Under the pieces are notes generated by a model. That model searched no databases. It was not told the origin of the DNA and saw nothing but the letters and a program-made list of their open reading frames with translations. A DNA stretch of 43,422 bases, filler included, from Jimgerdemannia flammicorona (lineage: Eukaryota): NCBI GenBank assembly GCA_003990765.1. It is 2 parts of 2 records of this genome, joined end to end, with 100 filler letters (N's around TTAATTAATTAA, not from the genome) between each part and the next. Parts side by side here need not be neighbours in the genome. Positions count along the whole stretch, not along the records: positions 1 to 21,667 come from RBNJ01001410.1; positions 21,768 to 43,422 come from RBNJ01001411.1. One strand, written 5' to 3'. Positions 11,040 through 25,996 of this stretch are shown here, one piece after another. The position numbers and the translations under genes are program-made. The number at the start of each line of letters is the position of its first letter. The stretch's first letter is position 1.

Positions 11040-12407
11040 GAAAAACCAAGATGGTCATTGATGTAAACATGACTACTGTGATGAAGAATTTTCTTTTGAA
11101 TTTTGCTGAAGTCCATAGGTTGCCTAGTCCAGTCAGAAATATTAATCAAGTCACCCAATCAATTATCTTTTTATCTGCAGAAATGAGCTACAAATTCATT
11201 CATTGTGATTTTTTTAGCTGGCCTAGAAGAAAATAGTACTCTGCATGCACTTAAATATGATATATTCTGTAAATTGTGGCATCAGCTAATTCTATATATC
11301 CAAATCATAAGTCCTTGAACTGATTTATGCAATACCTGTCAACATTTGTAAAATGATTTACAATTCAAAGCTTATAAAGAAGAAAAGGCTCAAGACTTAT
11401 TAAAGAGGTATAAAGAGCATCTTGCTAAAGCCAAATTATAATGAAACTATTATAACAGAAATACCAAATTGGCAGAAGAATAAAGAAAACTCATTGACCA
11501 GAATTATTTTATACTGAAAGACAAGATATCATTCTGCAGTATTAATACAGTTACCTATTATAGTTATAACTGAGCCCAAAATGTCCATGTGTCTCATTCT
11601 GATCAACAGATTGGCAAAGTATATTACCTTAGTACTTATAAAGTACATTTGTTTGGAATCCAAAATAAAGTAGTCTATAAGCAAATTAATTATATTCTTG
11701 ATGAGAATGAACTTCTTAGAAAGAGTCTGAATAGTATGCTTAGCCTAGTCTTTAATAGAATTAAATAATTGAATCAAGGTAAAGAGTACTTAAAAATCAC
11801 TTGTAATAATATAAGTAGACAAAACAAGAATAATACCACTCTTTGGTTTTATTTATATTTGGTAATTTGCAGATATTATAAAAGCATGGAATTGAACTTT
11901 ATGATTCTGGGCCATATCAAATTTAAATATAATAGTAGTTTTGGTCTGATTAAAAGGCTTTATTACAAAATTACAGTAAACTGTATAAATCACATTATCA
12001 ATATGGTAAAAAGGTCTAGCATTACTGGATTAAATAAAGCATGATATTATAATAGCAAAGATAATTTCCAATATTTTAACATTGTAAGTAGTTTCAAAAT
12101 ATACTTCAAGAAGCTGTCTGATATATAAAAGTTTCAATATTTTCTTTTTATCAAAGTGAATCCAGATACTATCAAAGTATAAGAAATCACCAATAGTCTA
12201 TTCTAAGAATTCAAACTATTAAAAAGTAGTAAATCTGAGGCTTCAAAAATCATAGAAATAATTAAGATCTTGTCATTTCTAGTACTAGTACCTCCTCCTA
12301 TAGAATTGAAATACCAAAAATATCTTTATTACAATATTCATCTCTTTGTTCAGAATGAATTCAAAGATATTACTTATCTAAAACCAATTTATACTATCAA
12401 TAAATAA
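11040..12407 (+). mobile_element. Degenerate DDD transposase, Sola-type (DUF7869-like)
   Basis: Motifs TDLCNTC, YYSYN*AQNVHV..QQIGKVYYLSTYKVHLFGI, INYILDE, ITCNNISRQNKN (DNCxGQNKN) and FMILGHIKFKYNSSFGLIK (GHTKFxxDxxFG), with many transition-type stops. No TIRs were identified. Confidence 0.7.
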
Positions 12408-12437
12408 AATATTTACTTCTTTACTTTTGATCAAGAT

Positions 12438-14270
<1,833 letters not shown>

Positions 14271-15301
14271 AAATTTATATTTATTTTTCTTTTATATACT
14301 TATATACTTCTTTTTTATAAGGTTATATTAAATATATAGATTATTTTAGTCAAAACAAAAAACAATGGTTATTTTTCTTTAAGGTGGTTCTGAATGAAAG
14401 AAATATATCAGATTTTTATATTTTACTGATGATAATTCAGTTATAGTATGAAAATGAAGAAATATTTCCTAAAAAAATTATGTTCTACCTAATTACAATA
14501 TATCAAAGTCTTATTAGTATCAGTGAAGACTTTAAAAGAAGTATAAAAATAGAAAACATTAGGTTATACTTTTGGTTTACTTATTCTAATCAAATTATAC
14601 AGTGAATATTGAATAATTAAAAAGTTATGAGCAAAGTAATGATAAAAATAAATAATCAAATAATATCAAATGTTCACTTTATCTAGTTTTATTGCAGTAT
14701 GTCCTATATGTATATAGAGTTATAAATCCCAATACTCTTACTCATTAAGATATTCTGAATAACTCAAAAAATTGATAAAAAAAGAATATAAATAAACTAA
14801 AGAAATATAATATCCTATATTAGAGGTTTTTTGCAACTTGAAAATCTTATATAGTACTTTGAATAAAACTATGCTCAGAAAAGAGAAATTATATTGAGAA
14901 GTTACTAAGTATTAATAAGTATATAATTTAAATTTATCTCTCAGCTAGAGGTTTTTCATTATATCTAGTTAAATAATATTATTTTTTAGTTATAGATTAT
15001 TAATTATTAAGATTATGAGTTTAGTTATATATATATTATATAAGTTAAAAGTATTATTATTATTATATATAAATATTATTTTAAATATTATTTCAGACTT
15101 TTTTTGACTTAATAGATATTATAAATATATATATAAAATAAATTATATGCTTTATTTATAAAGAGATATTTTAATTATTATAGTGTATTCTAAAACTAAA
15201 CTAATATTTTATTAAATTTTATATTTTAATTATTTAAATAAAAATACTCTATATAAATATATTTTATATTATAATATATTATAGTTTTATATTAAAGATA
15301 T

Positions 15302-16197
15302 TGTAATAGTTGATCTAAATTAGGAATATAAATCAGAGGAATTAAACATTTGATCATAATATCTAAACTTAATTTCTGATATAGTATAGTTTTACAAATA
15401 GCAGTCATTATTATTTCACAACTGTTAAAGTTTTCATAAATATTAAACTCTTTACAGATATTGAAGATTTTGTAAATATTAAAAGATTCAATACTTGTGA
15501 AAAGTGACTCATCAAAAATATAGTCATAACTTAGCCACCTATCTCATAGCTAGCAAACTTATATAAATAACCTAGTATCTTAGAGTGAATAAACCTTAGA
15601 TCAAAATAGTTCAAAGCAAAGAGAAAGTAAAAGAACTAGTAAGCCTGTGGGCAGATATACTTCCAACTTACCCACTCCTATATCCTAAAGACTCTATAAA
15701 GTCAAAGAAGATCAAGTTTTCAAGATACAGAAATTTGACATACTTCCAAGATTAAGCATCTGCTATATTACAACTTGATATCCATTGACTGGTGATTCAA
15801 GATGAATCCCTTACTTTCAAACTGAATAATGAACAACTATCACTACTCAAACAATTATATAAATCAAACCAAGATATCCAGACAAGATAGATATAAGACT
15901 ACTAATATTCTATAATTATACTTCAGATGAGTTAATCATTATCTTCATTGATAATTTTAAGCAATATACTACTATAAGGAACCTGAGAGCAAGACAGTAA
16001 GTAACTCTTATACTCTTTAGTCTCCAAGAACTAGCAAGAGCAGTATTCATAGCTATAATCTATATAGAAAATAATGATGATACTATACTAGCAGTACAGA
16101 AGACCTGGCTCTAAGCTATATATTATATAGATAAGATCAAGCAGATACTGAAGGATTAGCTCAACACAATATATCAAGGAATGAGTAAGGATCTAAT
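15302..16197 (+). mobile_element. Truncated Gypsy element A: 5' LTR (15302-15772), PBS-like site and start of gag (ATG 15802); same family as element B
   Basis: TGTAAT...ATTACA termini and a TATAAATA box; collinear with 26922-27800; gag begins MNPLTFKLNNEQL. Confidence 0.85.
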
Positions 16198-16329
16198 CAG
16201 CTATAAGCACCTCTCTCTAGTAATATTCAGATTATACAACCTTTTAGCAATACTTTTGATACAGTTTCTGGAAAAAAAGCTACTAGTATTATAGCAACTA
16301 ATGAGCATTCTGAGGTATATACTGGGTAG

Positions 16330-19300
16330 GGTGGCCCAGGTGTATTTGACTAGCAGTATGTAAAGAGGGACTCTGGCTTAGGGGATAGTATGAGAGGCCT
16401 GCTAGCAGGAGGACATAGTAGAAGAGGGGGCAGTACTAGAGGTCAGGGGACAGAGAGGGTGAGCTTTGTGAATAAGATGAAGGAGAATCAGCAGAGAGCT
16501 GGGCTGGAGGGCTGGCTTAGGAGGGGTAAGGAGATAGTGAAGACTGCAGAGCAGTGGCCTCAAGGGAGAGTCTCTCTGGGGGGTCAGAGTAGTGGGGCTG
16601 GTAGTGTAGGGGCTAAAGGGATAACTATTGATGAGAGTGTGACAGATGATCAGGAAAAAAATCTAGATGGGACTACTGATGATAGACCAAGTAGTGGGAA
16701 AGACATGAGGTCTAGTGATCTGGTAGATGGTGTAATAGAACTGGTAGTGACACCATTACTCAAGAAGTTGATCTCAGAGTTCACAGTCACTTTGTGCTTT
16801 CAGGGCTTAGCAGTGATGGCAAAAATAGTCCTGGGGCTAATTACTAAGCAGGTGGCTGAAGTAGTATCTATGAAGTTCCTGAAGGAACTGGAAGAAGTAG
16901 AGATTGGCTTTAAGGAGGCTGGACCATTAGAGGAGGTACTGAAGGTAGGGTTGACAGTTAGAGAGGTATATGTTCTGATGGTGCACTGCTTGAAGTGGGA
17001 CCCCAGGGTGGTGTAATTGCTAGTAAAGAGGGTGCCTATAGTGATCATTGAGGAGATAAGGAGGAGAGTTGAGGAAGTCATAGCTGAGTATAGCAAGATG
17101 GTTGATATTGGGTTCTGGGTCTAGGAGGGGACCTTGTTCAGAACTGGGGATGTTGATGTTCAAATCTAGTTAGCAGAGAAAAAAGCTACCAGGAAGGCTA
17201 GAGACTAGCCTTCAATAATGGTCTGAGAGACTTTCTTGTACAAAGTGATGCAGGTGAAGGGGAGTGAGGAGGAGAAAGAGGATCTGCTGGAGGTACTGGA
17301 AGAGCTAAGTAGTGCTGTAGAGCAGAGAGCTAAGACTTAGAAGGTATATGTCAAGTCAATGTATTTGAAAGTGGTAGATGAAAAAAGGATTCAGATAGAT
17401 AAGAGGTAGTGGGAAAGACCCCAAAGATATAAGAGATAGAGAGAGCTATTGACAAAACTAGAAAGCAGGGTGATGAAGGATGCTGGTGGTATTGAAATTA
17501 TGGAGGAAGCCAAGAAGAACATCTGGACCAGTGAGAATAGAGAGAATGCAGAGAAGGGACCAGAAGGGAGAGAGGAGGTGAAGGGAAATGACTCTTATAT
17601 GAATAGTACCTTTGAGGTCTAGGAGCTATCCCTGATCTCTATGCTACTTATTAGATGAGGTCCAACTTCAAGAGACAGAATGGCAGAGAATGTGCCCATG
17701 TAAGGAGTCCAGAGAGTACATTTTGGAGTTCCTGAGGTAGCAATGGGGGGGCAGATGTTGGCAGTGGGTGAGGATGAACTAGTGGATATTCAGGAGGAGG
17801 AGTGAGATGAGGCTATAAGTATAGGGGCAGATATCTTGATGCTGGATAGAGGGTGGCCAGTGACTCCTGGGGGGAAGGAGGTGGGAAATCTGCTATGGAT
17901 GTACAAGATGATGAATAACTTTGCAGCAGAGAAGTTGGGAGAGGTGGACCTGTGAGTGATGAGTGATGAGTATTGGGCACATATCCTGTATAGTGAGGGA
18001 GTGATGGAGATACTGAAGGTAGAGATTCTTACTGTTTTCCTGAAGAAGGAAGGATATGAGGTTGATAAGAAGAGGGAGGCTAGGCTGGTGGTTACTACTG
18101 GTGAGAGAACTGCTTTCTGTTGGGCAAAGTAGCATAGGTTGAAGCTCTGGCAGAAGGCCTGTCTAGAATATCATGAAGAATTCAAGGAGAAGGAGGATGG
18201 AGAGCTTACAGAACTTCTGGCTGGATTGGAGACTAAGAGGACTGAAGAGGAGGAGAAAGCTATAGAATACAATCTAGATCTGGCTCAGGATGAGATAAAT
18301 ATAGAGTAGTAGAGGATATGCTTACTATTATATATTATTTCTTATAAACAGTACAACTAACATTTTCTCTTTAAATGTGAATGGACTCTGGGGTTTGTTT
18401 CATTGACAGAATATTTTTGCTTGACTGAAGGGATTGGAGGCCAATCTCCTTCTTCTGCAGGATATCAGGAATAAGGATGATTTAGACAAACTGGAATAGA
18501 CAAAGGAATGGGGAGAGAAGGTAGTTTGGAAGAACAAGGTTGAGATTCTGGTCAGGAAGGGCAGAGGGGAGATATGGTATATGTGGAACTGGGGAGACAA
18601 ACTGGTCTGGAGTAAGTGGATTCACACTAGTCAAGAACTAGTTATGGTTGGATTCTGCTACTGCCCTGTAGTATAGAGTGAGTATGTAGATTGAGTGAAG
18701 GGTCTCCAGAAGGAAGGGACTCTGGCAGGGGCTGGAGTGGACATACTTGGAGGGGACTTTAATATGGTCAGAGATGTACTGTTGGATAGAATTGATAGAG
18801 AGTGGGGGGTGGAGGGAAAGAGTAGAGGTTTGGAGGCATGGGAGGAAGTAGAGAGGCTGAGTGCTTTGGTAGATACTGGCAGGGAGTTGTGGGGGGACAG
18901 AAGGGTGTATATACATTGAGCAAGTAGCCTGGGGACAAAGATTGACTAAATCTTGACAGTGGACTGCTGGGGTCTGGATGTTTGGGGGTCTCTGGAGGCA
19001 GAATAGTATCTGTGGTCTAATCATTAGAGACTGCTGGGACAGGGCTATTTTGGGGGGAGTGGGGATGAACTAGGACATTAGTGCCTTAATTCCTCTCTGG
19101 TAGACAATAAGGTACTGTGGGACAAGTGGGCTAAGGATATTCAGCAGAGGGTAGAGGGGTGGATATAGAAAGGTATCTCAGTTGGTATTAGGTAGATGAG
19201 GCTGAAGGAGGCTGTTAGGGTTTATTGGAAGGAGGCAGGTGCAGTGGCTGGGAGACAGAGGAGGAAGAAGAGGTTGTGGGCCTCTACTAGATTGATAAGA

Positions 19301-21270
19301 CTGTTGAAAGATTGGACAGATTTTGGTGGCCCTAGAGAGGGTAGAGGATTGGAGATTGCTATGGGTGAAAAAGGAGGTTGTGGAGTTGCAACAGATATTA
19401 CAGGAGGAGGAGGAAGCACAGGTGTAGAGTATGATAGTATATCTATGTTGGTAGAGGCTGGAAGAAGGAGAGAGACCCTCTAAGTTTCTCATGAGGACCC
19501 TTTGGGCAAGGAGGATTCAGCAGAGGTAAGAGGGGGTTCTCGATTCTGAGGAGACATTGGTATATAGTATATAAGACATTCTCAAGTTACTTAAGGAGCA
19601 GTAGAGTAGCTTGTGGAGTGAGGTGAAGAGTGGGGCAGAAGATGCTGCCATTGGTCTTACCTTGGAGGATTGGTACCTACCACAGGCAGAAGGGCTGAGC
19701 AACCTAATAATACTGGTGCAGAAGGAGGAGATTTACCAGGTTCTTACTACAACTATACTGGGTACAGCACCAGGTGAGGATGGCCTGCCCTGGGCTTTCT
19801 GGAAGAAGATGGTAGATATCTCCAGTATGCTGGGAGAGCTGAGGGTACTCTGTGACTTGGTACTATAGTCCAGGAGATGGGTAGGGGAGCAGGATCTGGG
19901 GCTGGTGGTACTGCTGTATAAGAATAAGAGTAGGAGAGGACTGGAAGAACTGGAGGCCAATCATACTACTGGACATGGACAGAAAGTTGATTACTAAGAT
20001 GGTAGTAGTGAGACTGCAGAAGGTGGCCCAGCAGGTCTTAGGGGTAGAGCAGTGGGGATTTATCAGAGGTTGACTCATTCAGGATGGTATGGCTTGGGTG
20101 TATGGTGTTATTGAAGAGGTACAGGCCTGTAGATTGGATGGGTGCCTGGTCTTCTTGGATCAGAAGAAGGCATATGACCATGTTTGGAGGGTCTGATTAG
20201 CAAAGATACTAAATAGGATTGGAGTCCCTCAATAGTTCTGAGTGATAATAGTCAGCCTACTGGAAGGGAGCAGGGCTGTACTTATGTGTAATGAGCATTG
20301 AGGGGTGACTTTTTCTTTAATAAGAGTGTTCTCTAGGTGGACCCACTGTCTCTCATTTGTATATACTCTTCTTGAAGCCCTTAATGGATAGAATTCAGTG
20401 GAAGATAGGAGAGCTTTCAGTTTATGGCATTGAGTGAAAAGTTGGTGCTTTTGTGGATGATATAGTGGTTGGCCTAAGTTTGATTATCAATATTAAGGAG
20501 CTCAAGGAGACTATGAAGTAGTATGAGATGCACTCTGGGGCTAAACTCAATTAGCATAAGTATGAAACAATGGTGCTGAGTATGGCCTGATGGGAGAGGA
20601 TGTCATTGGAACAATTGTCTCTGCTGGAGAGATAGTGAGGTACTTGGGTATCTATCTGTCAGTATACAGGTCTATTCTTTCAAAACTCTGGTGAGAGCAG
20701 CAGGTGGTTATCTGGGGGGAGGCTCTGCAGAGCTGGAGAGACTGCCACTTATCTCTGATAGGGTATGTTTCTATCTTGAATACTTACTGGCTGCTGAAGT
20801 TGTGGTATCTGGCATATCATCTGGACTTCCTGGTCTGGGTGGTAAAGAGACTACTGAAACTGGCCAAGGGGTGGATCTGGGCAGAGAGAAGGAGTCAGAT
20901 TAGCTGGGAAATTTTGTCTTTACCAGTGACTAGAGGGGGGCTCAGGCTGGTTGACTTTCTAAAGAGGTTATACTACCTGAGAGCATGGTGGCTGAAGAGA
21001 GCTGTTGAGCTGAGGGGTGGCAGCTGGGTTCCTCTATTGAAGAAGGTCTGGGAGATGAGGTCCTCACTGAGAGGATCTACAGGAGATCTTCTATCCTTAG
21101 TTAGACTTCAGAACAATGAGTGTATGCAGTTTAAGGGTTTCTGGTAGAGATTTACTAATGGGGTATACTACATTGATATTCATTAGTAGGGAGATGAGAG
21201 AGAAAGGCCTTAGGGCCCAGTGATGTAGAGATGAGACTAAGTGTTGCTAAGAGGTATCCCTCTTAGAGGG
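16330..21270 (+). mobile_element. Degenerate L1/Tx1-like non-LTR retrotransposon: ORF1 (about 16330-18310) and ORF2 with AP endonuclease and RT (about 18330-21270)
   Basis: Endonuclease motifs SLNVNGL, LLLLQD and LGGDFNMV..LDR. RT motifs APGEDGLPWAFWK, NWRPIILLDMDRKLITK, FLDQKKAYDHV, FVDD (about 20449) and YLGIYL. Downstream LPVTRGGLRLVD. Many stops. Confidence 0.9.
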
Positions 21271-21279
21271 TGAGGCTGG

Positions 21280-21667
21280 CTGGGAAGGAGAATATGGAGA
21301 AGTTGAGGGACTGGCCAGCAACACTGAGGTGGAGACCAGTGGAGTATAAGGTCTCTAGGGTGAAGGGGACTCAGAAGGAGGAGGAGGATCTGTTGGAGGT
21401 GCTGGAGGACCTGGAAGGGGCAGTTGTGAGGAGGAGATTAGCCTGGAAGAAGTTTGAGGCCAGGACAGTGGTGGGGGAGGTGGATGAGAAGAGGGTTCAG
21501 ATAGAGAAGGGGGCCTGGGAGAAGATGCAGGGGAAGAGGATCCAGAAGGAGCTGCTGGCAAAGTTGGGTGAGGATAGGGCTGGTGGAAGCTCAGGGAAGG
21601 GGGCTGCAGGGTTGCAGGAGAGCACCTGGGCTGAGGGAGGAGAGATGGCCCAGAGCGGGGCTCGGAT
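21280..21667 (+). mobile_element. ORF1 fragment of a second, related LINE
   Basis: YKVSRVKGTQKEEEDLLEVLEDL..VDEKRVQIEK..ELLAKL aligns with YKVMQVKGSEEEKEDLLEVLEEL..VDEKRIQIDK..ELLTKL at about 17240-17465. Confidence 0.75.
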
Positions 21668-21767
21668 NNNNNNNNNNNNNNNNNNNNNNNNNNNNNNNNN
21701 NNNNNNNNNNNTTAATTAATTAANNNNNNNNNNNNNNNNNNNNNNNNNNNNNNNNNNNNNNNNNNNN
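21668..21767. other. Assembly gap with an artificial six-frame-stop linker (N44-TTAATTAATTAA-N44)
   Basis: Read directly from the sequence; the block is exactly 100 nt. Confidence 0.95.
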
Positions 21768-22995
21768 ATTAGGAAATTTCGTGATGGGGTTAGGAGTAGG
21801 ACCTAACAGGGAGCGGATTTACTTAAGAGTGGTTTGTGGGTTATTAAATAGGTTTATTTGCTATTCATGATATTGCTATACTAGGAGTATTTGTATGAAG
21901 GGGTATTGTGGGGAAGTGCTCAGAAGTTGTATTCAAATTGTTCAAGTCTTTCAAGTCTGAGATTCTGAGGTCTGGGGGAGGGGGTATTTATACTAGTGAG
22001 GGGCTATCTGGACTATGCTGAATATGGATGTAGCACTAAGTGCCTTGCTGAGTCGGAATGCAGTCACGTAGTATAAGTGTGATCTGACATGTCAAGGGAT
22101 CGTCTGACTACTGAGTCAGTTCACAGTCATATCATACAAGGCTAATCTAACTATACTATGACTGCTAAGCTATTTATAGATTTAGGCACTGTCTGGTTAG
22201 TCCTTGATGACATCACTATTGATGACATCATCACTGGCAAAGTCTGAGCAGTTTTCTGACTTCTGATCTTATCAGTTTCAAGGTGTTATCACTTCTATCT
22301 CTTGCAAGATTAAGGCTGTCCTTGGTGGCGGTGGTTGTACAAGGATAACAGGTCTTGGTTGTCTTTTTTTTTTGGTCTGCTGGCGCATTTGCGAGGACTG
22401 GCCATTCTCATCTAGGGCGAGGGCTCCCAATGTCGCGGCTGGGGGTTTGAACCTCTTGGAAATGATATTTTCTGTAATCCAAGGCAATTTCTAGTAGTAA
22501 TATCTGTCACGTGGATGGCTTGAGATTGGTTTCGATGTTGTCGGCTTTCTTGAGTTCAGATGAAGTATCCGTCACTCTCTAACGGAGGTGACACAGATAA
22601 AGCGAACAGAGTTGTTCAAATGCATTTTGCTTCTGCTAAGTAATGAGGTCTTGTATAGTTACGGTATATCTTGGTCTTGAGTTGATAAGTGCAGTTCGTG
22701 AACCTTTTGATGGGTGAGATAGGGTTCTTTTTGTCTTGATTTGAGTTTGGTACTTTCGGTTTCTTTTGTAATAGTACAGTACACCAAACTAGCTATAGCA
22801 GTTCAGAGTCAATCTTATGGTTGTAGTACTTCTTCTAGTATTCTTGTATCTTGGCGGTGGGTTCTTGTGCTTGCTGGCATATTTGTGTAACCAGATGATC
22901 TCTTCGGTAACTTATTTTATAGTCTCGCATGTGGTTTCCAAATTAGTTCTGAGGATACCATGTGATTTTAGTGGCTTAGAGGTTGTGTGCTTACA
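21768..22995 (-). mobile_element. LTR copy 1 of a 1.5-kb LTR family (left end lost in the gap)
   Basis: Near-identical to 23712-24929; ends CTTACA; TATAAATACCCC on the minus strand near 21990. Confidence 0.85.
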
Positions 22996-23016
22996 GTAAT
23001 CAACCTTTCTTCTATC

Positions 23017-25996
23017 TATAAGAGGATTACTTATTAGGGTAACTGTTACATAGTTCTGGAAGGGTTTTCTGAAAGTTCTGGATATTCTGAAAAACTATTT
23101 TCTTAAGGTCAAGATCAATTTCATATAGAGTATATCCTCTATACTTATTGATTTCAAGATTAAATTAATGTCTCAACCAAAGTCCTTTTTTGGACTAGTT
23201 CTAGATGTTTAGGTTTTTTCATATTTCAGAAAGTTTAAGAAACTAAGACTAGTTTAGTTGAATCAGTGTATCACTGCAGATAATATTCAATTAGGAAATT
23301 TTGTGATAAGGTTAGAAATAGGACCTAACAGAGAGTAAATTTACTTAAGAGTAGTTTGTAGGTTATTAAATAAGTTTATTCTCTATTCATGATATTGCTA
23401 TACTAAGAGTAGTTGTATAAAGAGATATTGTGGGAAAGTGTAAGAGGGTTACTTTTTAGGGTAACCATTACGTAGTTCTGGAAGGGTTTTCTAGAAGTTC
23501 TGAATATTCTGGAAGACTGTTTTCTTATGGTCAAGATCAATTTCATATAGAGTACGTCCTCTACGCTTATTGATTTCAAGATTGGGTTGACGTCTCAACC
23601 AAAGTCCTTTCTTGGACTAGTTCTGGATATTCAGGATTTTCCATATTTCAGAAAGTTCAAGAAACTAAGACCAGCTTAGTTGAATTGGCGTATCGCTGCA
23701 GACAATACCCAATTAGGAAATTTCGTGATGGGGTTAGGAGTAGGACCTAACAGAGAGCAGATTTACTTAAAAGTGGTTTGTGGGTTATGGAATAGGTTTA
23801 TTTGCTATTCATGATATTGCTATGCTAGGAGTATTTGTGTAAAGAGATATTGTGGGGAAGTACTCAGGAGTTGTGTTCAAATTGTTCAAGTCTGAAATTC
23901 TGAGGTCTGGGGGAGGGGGTATTTATACTAGTGAGGGGCTATCTGGACTATGCTGAATATAGATGTAGCACTAAGTGCCTTGCTGAGTCGGAATGCAGTC
24001 ATGTAGTACAAGTATGATCTGACATATCAAGAGATTGTCTGACTGCTGAGTCAGTTCACAGTCATGTCGTACAATGCTAATCTAACTATACTGTGACTGC
24101 TAGGCTATTTATAGATTTAGGCACTGTCTGGTTAGTCCTTGATGACATCACTATTGATGACATCATTGCTGACAAAGTCTGAGCAGTTTTCTGACTTCTG
24201 ACCTCATCAGTTTCAAGGTGTTGTCACTTCTATCTCTTGCAAGATTAAGGCTGTCCTTGGTAGCAGTAGTTGTATAAGGATAACAGGTCTTGGTTCTCTT
24301 TTTTTTTGGTCTGCTGGCGCATTTGCGAGGACTGGCCATTCTCGTCTAGGGCGAGGGCTCCCAATATCGCGGCTGGGGGTTCGAACCTCTCGGAAATGAT
24401 ATTTTCTGTAATCCGAGGCAATTTCTAGTAGTAATATCTGTCACGTGGATGGCTTGAGATTGGTTTCGACATTGTCGGCTTTCTTGAGTTTAGATGAAGC
24501 ATCTGTCACTCTCCAACGGAGGTGACACAGATAAAGTGAACAGAGTTGTTCAAATGCGTTTTGCTTCTGCTAAATAATAAGGTCTTATATAGTTACAGTA
24601 TATTTTGGTCTTGAGTTGATAAGTGCAGTTCATGAACCTTTTGATGGGTGAGATAGGGTTCTTCTTGTCTTGATTTGAGTTTGGTACTTTCGGTTTCTTT
24701 TGTAATAGTACAGTACACCAAACTAGCTATAGCGGTTCAGAGTCAGTCTTATGGTTGTAGTACTTCTTCTAGTATTCTTGTATCTTGGTGGTGGGTTCTT
24801 GTGCTTGCTGGTGTATTTGTGTAACCAGATAATCTCTTCGGTAACTTGTTTTGTAGTCTCGCATATAGTTTCCAAATTAGTTCTGAGGATACTATGCGAT
24901 TTTAGTGGCTTGGAGGTTGTATACTTACAGAAAGTGTTCTGTATGTTTGAGTTAGAGATTCTGAGATCTGAAGAAGAGGGTATTTATACTAGTGAGAGAC
25001 TATCTGGACTATACTGAATATGGATATACATAGCACTTAGTATCTTGCTGAGTCAGAATATAGTTACATAGTACAAGTATAATCTGACATGTCAAGAGAT
25101 CATCTGACTACTGAGTTAGTTTACAGTCATATCATATAAGGCTAATCTAACTATACTATAACTGCTAAGCTATTTATAGATTTAGATACTGTCTGGATAG
25201 TTTTTGATAATATTATTATTGATGATATCATCTCTAGTAAAGTCTGAGCAGTTTTCTGACTTCTGATATCATTAGTTTCAAAAGTATCATCACCTCTATT
25301 CCTTGCAAAATTAAGACTATCCTTGGTGATAGTGGTTGTATAAGGATAATAGGTCTTGGTTCTCTTTTTTTTTTGACTGCTGATATATTTATAAGAACTG
25401 ATCATCCTTGTCTAAGATAAGGGCTCTCAATGTCATAGCTAGGGGTTCAAACCTCTCAGAAATGATATTTTCTATAATTTAAGGCAATTTTTAATAGTAA
25501 TATCTATCATGTGGATGGGCTTGAGATTGGTTTCAACAATGTCAGCTTTCTTAAATTTAGATGAAGCATCTGTTATTCTCCAATAGAGGTGATACAGATA
25601 GAGTGAACAAAGTTGTTCAAATGCATTTTGCTTCTACTAAGTAGTAAGGTCTTATATAGTTGTAGTATTTCTTAGTCTTAAGTTGATAAGTATAGTTCAT
25701 AAACCTTTAGTAAATAAGAGAGGTTCTTCTTATCTCAGTTTGAGTTTGATACTTCAGTTTCCTTTTATAATAGTATGGTATATCAAAACTAGTTGTAGAG
25801 GTATAGAGTCAGTCTTATAGTTATAGTACTTCTTCTGATATTCTTATATTTTGATAGTAGATTCTCATACTTGCTGATGTATTTTGTATAACCAGATAAT
25901 CTCTTCAGTAACTTATTTTATAGTCTCACATATAGTTTTCAAATTAGTTCTGAGGATGATATGCAATTTTGGTGGCTTGGAGATTGTGTGCTTACA
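23017..25996 (-). mobile_element. Solo LTR copy 2 (older), interrupted by copy 3; TSD CTATC
   Basis: T(A)TAAG start at 23017 and CTTACA end at 25996; CTATC at 23012-23016 and 25997-26001; the two halves are 23017-23438 and 24930-25996. Confidence 0.9.
23439..24929 (-). mobile_element. Solo LTR copy 3 (1491 bp) nested in copy 2; TSD GAAAG
   Basis: TGTAAG...CTTACA inverted termini; GAAAG at 23434-23438 and 24930-24934. Confidence 0.92.

Noticed and set aside
21712..21723. TTAATTAATTAA palindrome
   Set aside because: Artificial scaffold linker inside the N gap; adjacency across the gap is not proven.
22817..25017. Duplicated hydrophobic ORFs MVVVLLLVFLYLGGG (22817 and 24751)
   Set aside because: They are antisense to the LTR promoter direction and repeated only because the LTR is repeated; there is no independent coding evidence.
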